Source of the DNA: Hormiphora californensis
Taxonomy: Eukaryota; Animalia; Ctenophora
Direction: 5' to 3'
Length of the DNA: 64,000 nucleotides
Assembly: GCA_020137815.1 (NCBI GenBank)
Contig: CM035360.1
Location: 1,426,001-1,490,000, forward strand
Position numbers and translations under genes: made by a program. Positions 46,501 through 64,000 of the stretch are shown here, in pieces (within the stretch, counting starts at the first letter, position 1; every line of letters starts with the position of its first letter). The notes beneath the pieces are model-generated. The model saw only the letters and a list, made by a program, of their open reading frames with translations. It was not told the origin of the DNA and did no database searches.

Positions 46501-48394
46501 CTGTACCCCGCGTCTTTGAGATAATCAGCCATTGTTAGCTCAGTTTGGGGTAAACCAGCCAGGCTGCCCCCGCCAAACCACTTGGTTACCCCAGTCCAGG
46601 GTGCGGCCCTGCCTGTCAGTAGAGCGGCCACAGTAGAACTTGGGTTGGTGCCAGATACGTAGAAATCCTGGTAGTTCATTCCCAGGCCCACCTGGTAGTC
46701 AATGTTTGGGGTGGAGGATGTGTAGTGGTTATTAGCTCCAATATCACCCCAGCCCACCATGTGGCCCATGATGATTATTATATTGGGAGGGGGAGCAGCG
46801 AGGGAGAGGGCTGCCAGGGCTGCTAGGAGAATTATCGGAGAGAAGAACGACATGACGCTATAGGGAGTAATAGTTGTAACACTATTTAGATGGTAAATTA
46901 CGACACAACCAACCATTAGGGAGTAAAGACACGGGTAGCAGAGTGGCTGTTTAAACAACTGACAGCAACAGAACGCAAACAAACCAGAAGTGAAGATCGG
47001 GGCCGGAGGGTTATTAATCGCAAACAATGTTTGTTTTAGTGGGAGAGAGTTAGCTAGGATTTGGATTATTCCAGGTAGAAATCGGACTACTAGGTAAAGA
47101 GAGCTATGTGATTCTTAGAAATATGACATTTAGTTATCCCGGGGGACTGGGGAGAGAGAGGGAGAGAGAAGCTGATTGGTACCAAACATAATCAGGTTTA
47201 CATTTTCTAGGAAGTGATTTGAGAATGTTGCTGGGAACTATCTTCTTATTTTTCACTTCACCGCATCCATAGTTTTGCTTGAAGCTTAGTTTTGGGCTGC
47301 CATGCAAAACATGAATTCCCCGCACCCCTTGCTGGGAACGGTCTTTTTGAATTTTCTATTTCCAGAATCCAGGGTAAGAAGTACAGACTACGGAGAAGAA
47401 TAACACTATCGAGTTTTCTTTTTAGGACCAAAAGAATATACACAGTACTTGGAAAAGGGAAGAGGTGAATCATTTGATTGTGGATTTAACCCCAGTGTCA
47501 CAAGTGAAAACTATTTCAAAAAGAAAGCCCCCAGATGATATGAAGTAACCATGGTAACCACAGTAACCTAATGATAACTACAGTAACCTAATGGTAACCA
47601 TGGTAACCCAATGTTAACTCACTTGTAACAATGTTGGCCACTCCAATCACGCAGAAAGTCTGGTCCCAGGAGAGAGTGACAGCGAGGCCCTCCACAATAA
47701 CAGGCACCAGAGTAGAACCAACGTTCATGCTACTGGAGCAGAGAGACCAAACCTTGCCTCGGCTGCTCGTGGGAAATTCCGAGATACAGAGACAGGCAAT
47801 GGGTGCCCAAATCATGCCACATACCGCGCCGTTAACTGCCCATAACCACCAGAGGGATTCGAGGCTCTGGAGAAGTCCTGCACAGGGGGGGGGGGTTATT
47901 GTTGTTTGGTGAGTTGGTAACGGACAACCACTAAATTCAACACCCACTAAACTAATTTTAACAAGAATTAGAAAGATGGCCCTATTGTTTTGATCTTCTA
48001 CAACTTCGAACATCATAAAGTGACTAAAGTGAGTGACTATCTTACCTGCAGCTAAGGATAAGATTCCTGTTGCGAGGACTCCAAAAAACAGGACTAGTCG
48101 AGGTTGTATCTTTGCCGTAACGATGTTTGACTAAAAAGTGAGAGGAAGTGTAACCGAATAAATATTGAATGAAAAGCATTTAAAATTACAGCATATAAAC
48201 TCTATGTTGAAACTTACCAGTGGTTTACAAACGCCATAGGTAACCGCAAAGGCGCTGGTAGCGAGGCCAAGTTCAGTCGCCCCGAATCTCTCAGTAGGTA
48301 GATGTGGGGTGAGAAATATGAGGCTCTTTCGGGAGACATAGGACAGGAAATAAGTGAAGAAAAGGACGGCCAAAAGGACTACCCGTGTACTCAT
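43570..48394 (-). CDS. MFS sugar-phosphate transporter, SLC37A4/G6PT-like (exons 48218-48394, 48046-48130, 47623-47877, 43570-44261)
   Basis: YVSRKS, LGLATSAFAVTYGVCK, LWAVNG, RGKVWSLCSSSMNVG and YELGGFVG..SGFVAD. C-terminal KKTD is a KKxx ER-retrieval motif. Phases are compatible across the 3.4-kb intron. Confidence 0.82.
44928..46853 (-). CDS. Arylsulfatase G-like type I membrane protein with degenerate active site, intronless, nested same-strand in the transporter intron
   Basis: Signal peptide, PPNIIII..GWGD, AALLTGR, RGFDYFYGAPYS, TWEGGVRVP, acidic stalk, TM helix and short tail. Likely start MSFFSP at 46853. Confidence 0.88.
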   Translation of the reverse strand: MSFFSPIILLAALAALSLAAPPPNIIIIMGHMVGWGDIGANNHYTSSTPNIDYQVGLGMNYQDFYVSGTNPSSTVAALLTGRAAPWTGVTKWFGGGSLAGLPQTELTMADYLKDAGYSTGYFGVWDLGHTEGYLPTDRGFDYFYGAPYSRGNSCVVADNPDLLEYTCQKPTGLPLFENGKVVQQPATFTNFSNNVMSGKLRGFVEDSLENDQPFFAVISHLAVNHPKINTDIPTREMLLGNLDEMVGKVQDILVDNNLKYNTLRVVTSKRAPVASMCQRGGKVGPFQGLWQTTNFPGTAGTAGTTWEGGVRVPFGIVYHNWVTKGTTSRNPRSVLDILPTIAELVNITLPTDRLFDGRSMVSDWDDHQKQPADPNDERWDSMVFFEEGSTEVNVIRKGNEKVYWRTTGSEACNSNITNLDTATAEHELPLAFDLREDAAEFGNYSYTSFKLRLFEETRATFIEYYNTSGVLRSVADFSESGSAYVCCGGGDCICSSLPSDEVGEVDDKTTDEELEDESSEAVPAAGEDIPSGISDEADGSTQLEPTDSETQVVKLGVDLVAGILEHQPLIGAAPSQNKPLPDQGGTVGQQSSSSLLPLYVLVVVAVVGVVGVVGFVGYRRVKRRRNGHQPIGEQASLLDWS

Positions 48395-48611
48395 GTTATC
48401 ATGCTAGTGTGTAGAAGAAATGTTTTAGTAGGTAGCTTGGTTACGAAGTCACCCCTGTTACAATATTGCATATAGTGGGCATTTGCAGAGGGGTAATTTC
48501 ATTACCAAGTAGGTAGCTGTGTTGTAGCACAATCTTATTATCATGGACAATATCAAAGCAAATTAAAAAGGTCCAGTAATTGGTAATTGGTAATGTCAAT
48601 AAATAATTAAA

Positions 48612-59325
<10,714 letters not shown>

Positions 59326-60578
59326 CTGAGGGGAGTAAAAGAGAGATTCATATAAAAGAATGGGAGAGAGAGAGGCGGAAGAACATCTCAAAAGTGAGAA
59401 CACAGAGAGAAAACATCTCGCCCGCTGCATTCAGTACACCTGTCCCACATTCATTGGCTGAACGGTGTACCGGGCGCGCGCATCTGAACGCTGAACACCC
59501 CCAACTTTCGATACAATAAGGTTTCCGCGCGTTACTTACTGGTTCTGGTGTAAGATGAATAGAGCGAAATACCGGCTGCAAGGGGTATGAAACATAACGC
59601 CACCGAACCCCACTGAGAAGGGAGAGTGTGTGAATTAGAGAGAGAGAGAGAGAGAGAGAGTGTGTGTGTGAGAGAGAGAGTGTGTGTGTGAGAGCACATT
59701 GTTTCAGATGAAACAAAGAAAGATCAGAAATATAGGATCAGGGACACATTTTGTACGTACGAATTTGTATCCAGGTTTCTTGCCCCACCGTCCGACCCAC
59801 TCCCACTCTTTACCAGTGGGGTGTGTATTCTCATTAACAGTCGTCCACCCGTGACTTCCCTGATAATCACGGACCCATGGTATTCGCATCTTGATCCCTA
59901 GAATAAATGACGGATATAGGATAATGGGGCAATGTTGAAACTCTTTTGCGGTGAGACAGGTTCGAGCAAGACAAGGAGAAATGGGGTCATAGTTCAGTGA
60001 TGTCTTATCAGATTGTTTCTTATCTGCAGTAGGTCGGTAACAAAGCAGAAAGCTGTGTCGCAATTAACTTGTTTTCAGTTTTGTGAGTTTATATTTGTCA
60101 GATGTCGGTCTGGAAAGATAAAAAATGCGGAGTTTTTGGGTTGTAAAAAATGAGGCAAATCCACGCACAAATACAAACATGCCGTTTGAGAAACACATAT
60201 CATACCAATTCTCTCTCACTCATTAATTTACTACAACTTTCAACTTCATGTTAGGTGTCTCTAATTTTTCAAAACCACGAATATTTCCAGGGACAGTAAT
60301 TAACCAGTAACACCCCGCTATCCTGTGCAAAAAAAACATAAACACACGAGTCATAAATATTAGAATATTTAATGTACTAACATATTGGATATCAAAGATA
60401 AACTGAATGCACTCTTTTTGTTCTAGCTCCCTTACTTCCCTCTTCTCTATCTCATAGCACTATTTCTCTCTCTTTTTGATCGATCTTACAGCTTCTTGTT
60501 TCGAAAGAAAAACATCCAGCATCCAGCACTATCTGTTGTTTAGGGGAGAAGGAAGGAGCGTAGATGGGTGGGGTGTTT

Positions 60579-62339
60579 CTAATCGGCTTTCCTCGTCCTT
60601 CGTTTCACAGGGTTTCTCCTCTCCTCCTCAGCCTCCTCTTCCTCAAGCCTCCTCTTCCTCAACCTCTGCATCTACCTCACCCTCCTCATCCTCTACAACC
60701 TCATCCTCTACAACCTCATCTTCATCTCCCTCCAGAGGTGGCATATCCTCATCATCAGCAGTGGGTTTATCAGTCTTCTTCGCCTCCCCAACCTCATCAA
60801 CCTCACCATTTCCCCGGAAACAGGTGAGGTACAGGCCGAATGGGAAGATAATGGCAGCGACAACAGCAACCCAGACCCATGGGTTCTCCTTAGCGTACAC
60901 CAGGAAGTCCTGAAGGGCACCCTCACCCGACCCAGCCATCTGTTCTTTAAGGGCCTTCTTGTTCCAGCTGGCAGCCGCCCAATCATCAGCGGTAGACCTG
61001 CTATCAGTCAGGATAATGTTATCGAACATTATGTCCTTGCTCATGGTCCACAGCTCCAACCCAACAGCGGTGATGGACATGAGGCTAGCGAAGGGAGTTT
61101 TATCCTCAAAGAATCCGGGGTTGGGGATCTTCCTGGGTGCCCAAACTCCGCTGTAGTTAGGGTTCTCAATCATGGGGGGAGCCCACCTGCCCTTGAAGGC
61201 GGGGTTAGGGATCTGGGGTCGGGTCCAGGGTCCACAGTTACCACTGGCACACTTGGGGTTCTCAATGGTTGGTGCCTCCCACTCTCCATCCTCTTCTGTG
61301 TCCCAATCCTCAGGTTGTGCAGCGGCGGGATCAGGAATCACCTCCGGCTCATTCTCCAGCCAATCCTCGGGCATAACAGCTTCCTCATCGGCAATAAACT
61401 TGGGAGCCTCCTCATCCCAGTCTTCTGGTTTTGATGCCATGGGGTCGGGGATCTTCTCCTTGTCATCCCAGTCTTCAGGCTTGCTGTCAGAAGGATCGTC
61501 GATCTCAGAGGAGGGGTTAATGGAGGGAGTCATGTTCTCCAAGATGTTTCCTGAGTTGACGGTGCTCTGATCGACCAGCATCTCAAAGGAGCCGTCGTAA
61601 TCGAGAACCAGGGTTACGAGATGAGACTTTCCATCGGAGAAAATCTCCTTGATGCTGCTGGATGCCTTGGCGTGTTTCTCCTCAACTTCACCGTTAACTG
61701 GGTTCTTGAAGTTTATGATAAAATGCAACTTAGAGTCAAGACCACATTTGTCAGGTCCGAACATGATGGAATATTGGGATTTATCATTGAATGCCTCCGG
61801 GGTGAACTCTTCCTCAGCCTCAGCGACCAGTTTCAGGTAAGAACCACCACACTCCATGGAGTCCTGGTATTTCACTTCGTATTGCACGACAAACGGCTTT
61901 TGTTCGCTGTGCAGGGCCGAGAAATCAACGGATTTTGGGAGTTTAGCTGAGATCGCGTGGTGCTTTGCCTTTGATTTCACTACCAGTCCAAGATCTTCAG
62001 GATTAGCTGAGTTTGCTTCAATGGCCCAGACTCCATCAAACTTGCTTCCGTCACCTGAAAGTAAATATATGCATATTGAATAAGAAGTCATCCGTGATAA
62101 AAGCAGCGGTTACAATAGAATCAGAACAAACGTAGACGACAGACGACAAAGCAAAGCCTGCATTTATTTAACTTACCCTTTGATGATGTTGATAGTTTCC
62201 AAGCGGCGCCAATAGCCTCGGTATTAGCAAAGGGGTCGGCGAAGAAAGCATCGCCACTTAAAGTGGGTAGGCTGAATGGTTCCTCATTCTGGGCAACGGT
62301 TAGATAAACCACAAGAACAGCTACAAGACCCTGTAGCAT
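60579..62339 (-). CDS. CANX: Calnexin (exons 62177-62339, 60579-62054; one-base frameshift at ~60645)
   Basis: Signal peptide, KHHAISA, ECGGSYLKL, IMFGPDKCG, P-domain KPEDWD repeats, GLELWTM, TM helix and acidic tail. Removing one base gives the end ...NPVKRRTRKAD*. Confidence 0.95.
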
Positions 62340-62627
62340 GTTGCCTTCCTATTGAGGAGGGTAAAGTTTAAACACAATTTAGCATAAGATTTCAGCACTT
62401 TTCACAATAGAATACAATTATAACTTATATCCCGATTTTAGCCTATGCATTGTTAGTCCCTTGTTTTTACTAGGAGAACGCCGTTTCGATCGAAGCAACG
62501 CCCCCACCACTAACAAGCCTTCTAAAGCGGCTGTATTTTACGTTTTTTTAAATCCTGTGCGACATAAAAGGGGTTTACGAGCCACAACGCGATACAGAGG
62601 AGACGCGAAGGGAACAGGGAACAGTAG

Positions 62628-63255
62628 GGGGCGCGATTATAATCAGGGTGCCTTGCAGCCTGTTTACAGGTGCGCGCTGCCAAAAGAGTATACTTAGACC
62701 GACTTTTTTCAAACGGCTATAGCCATGGAACCACATGGCCGATTTGTGTAAACTAACCAGTATCAGTTAGAGAATCGATAGCCCTAACCGGTAAGGGCGC
62801 GATTATAATCTGGGTGCCTTGCAGCCTGTTTACAGGTGCGCGCTACCAAAAGAGTATACTTAGACCGACTTTTTTCAAACGGCTATAGCCATGGAACCAT
62901 ATGGCCGATTTGAGTAAACTAAACGGTATCAGTTAGAGAATCGATAGCCCTAACCGATAACCCCAAACCAAACCCTAACCAGACCCTAACGGATAGCCCT
63001 AACCCGTCGCGCGCGCCAAAACTACGAATTGTTAGCAATGAAAGGCACCCAGATTTTAACGTTTTCCAACCGGTAACCCCAAACCAAACCCTAACGGATA
63101 GCCCTAACCCGTCGCGCGCGCCAAAACTACGAATTGTAAGCAATGAAAGGCACCCAGATTTTAACGTTTTCCAACAGTAGGAGACAACGGTGAGTGCGCC
63201 AAGCGGTTTGGCAAACGCCGCTGGCCCCGCGGGATAAGGCAGCACTTTTCAACCT
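62628..63255. repeat. Composite repeat: ~167-bp unit x2, ~115-bp unit x2 with ccctaa words, ending in a motif shared with ~41675-41720
   Basis: Direct repeats at 62628/62795 and ~62958/63073. tttggcaaacg..gctggcccc..cgggataaggcagc occurs at both loci. Confidence 0.75.
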
Positions 63256-63329
63256 GTTGTTTTGGACAAAAGTTGGCATACGTTGCAGGCCCCTTATAAT
63301 ATAATATAAGGGGCCTGGAGGGAATACCG

Positions 63330-63720
63330 CGCTGGGGGGGAATACATAATCAATCATATCTCCGGTTCCAGATAAGGTACAGAAATCGTTTTGGTAGCGT
63401 TGGAAAGAGGAAGATAACAGCTTTCAAATGCAACCGGTTTCAGGTCTCTATCTTATCAGGAACAGGAGATATGAACCAAACTCCGCAAAATCGAGTGCGG
63501 TAAAATAAAAAATTTCGAGATTTTAATTCAAATTTGAAACAAAGTGTCCCTGCAGGGACCTGTGACGTCACTTTTTGAAAACAACCAATCTTTGAACGGC
63601 TATTGCTCAGCCTCCTCAAGTCCAATTAACTTCTCTCAAAAACAGCAAGGTAGATAATTGTCAGATCTAACAGCTAGTGAAAGAATCAAGCAAAACGGAC
63701 TTCAGGGGCCAAAGTTATAA
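63330..63720. mobile_element. Non-autonomous DNA transposon-like sequence; ends uncertain
   Basis: Internal inverted pair catatctccggttccagataag / cttatcaggaacaggagatatg around ttggaaag...ctttcaaa. Confidence 0.45.
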
Positions 63721-64000
63721 GCACCGCCGTTTTTTCGACCGCAAAGTTATTTTCGACCCAGCCGGGCTCAGGCCAAACGCGCTCGCGGCATTCCCTCCAG
63801 TCCCCTCGTTGCGGGGGTGCGCGCATGAGGGGGCTGCAGCGCATTCCAAGGACAAAAGAAAGTCCGTAGAAATAGAAACGCGGACGAAACATGCAGATTT
63901 CCAGTAGCTTGAAGCGATTTTTTTTCTTTTTTTTTAAATTCACTAACCCCAACACCGATTGGCATCACTTTCCAACAGCCGAAGAGAAGCTGCCGAAGAG

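Noticed and set aside
46854-47027. 58-aa N-terminal extension of the sulfatase ORF
   Set aside because: It starts at TTG and lies upstream of an acceptor and a good signal peptide.
46853-47623. Transporter-sulfatase fusion protein
   Set aside because: The host donor is phase 1 and the sulfatase acceptor needs phase 2.

Overview
Gene-dense, intron-rich animal DNA, most likely a cydippid ctenophore (Pleurobrachia-like). This is inferred from a 109-bp MITE I associate with Pleurobrachia assemblies, short intronless class A GPCRs and a splice acceptor just before most start codons. Plus-strand genes: 3' end of a Borealin-like gene, CtIP/RBBP8, an Mpv17/PMP22 gene, a BTB-BACK-MATH (BTBD17-like) gene hosting two duplicated antisense GPCRs, an intronless CPEB1-type gene and an Ig-domain membrane protein. 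Minus-strand genes: ZFYVE28/Lst2, an SLC37A4-like transporter hosting a same-strand ARSG-like pseudo-sulfatase, a large uncharacterised gene and calnexin. Mobile DNA includes three LINE fragments, an end-to-end non-autonomous Helitron, MITEs and Helentron-like elements. Top findings: (1) a 5.5-kb head-to-tail mosaic of two unrelated modules joined by variable A(2-4)CCAT linkers with imprecise junctions, just after the CtIP stop; (2) 36 tandem copies of a 3' splice site of which only the last gives the full protein; (3) a membrane-anchored sulfatase lacking all catalytic motifs, nested sense-strand in a transporter intron. The stretch ~30.7-35.3 kb looks error-rich. All calls are by eye, with no database searches.
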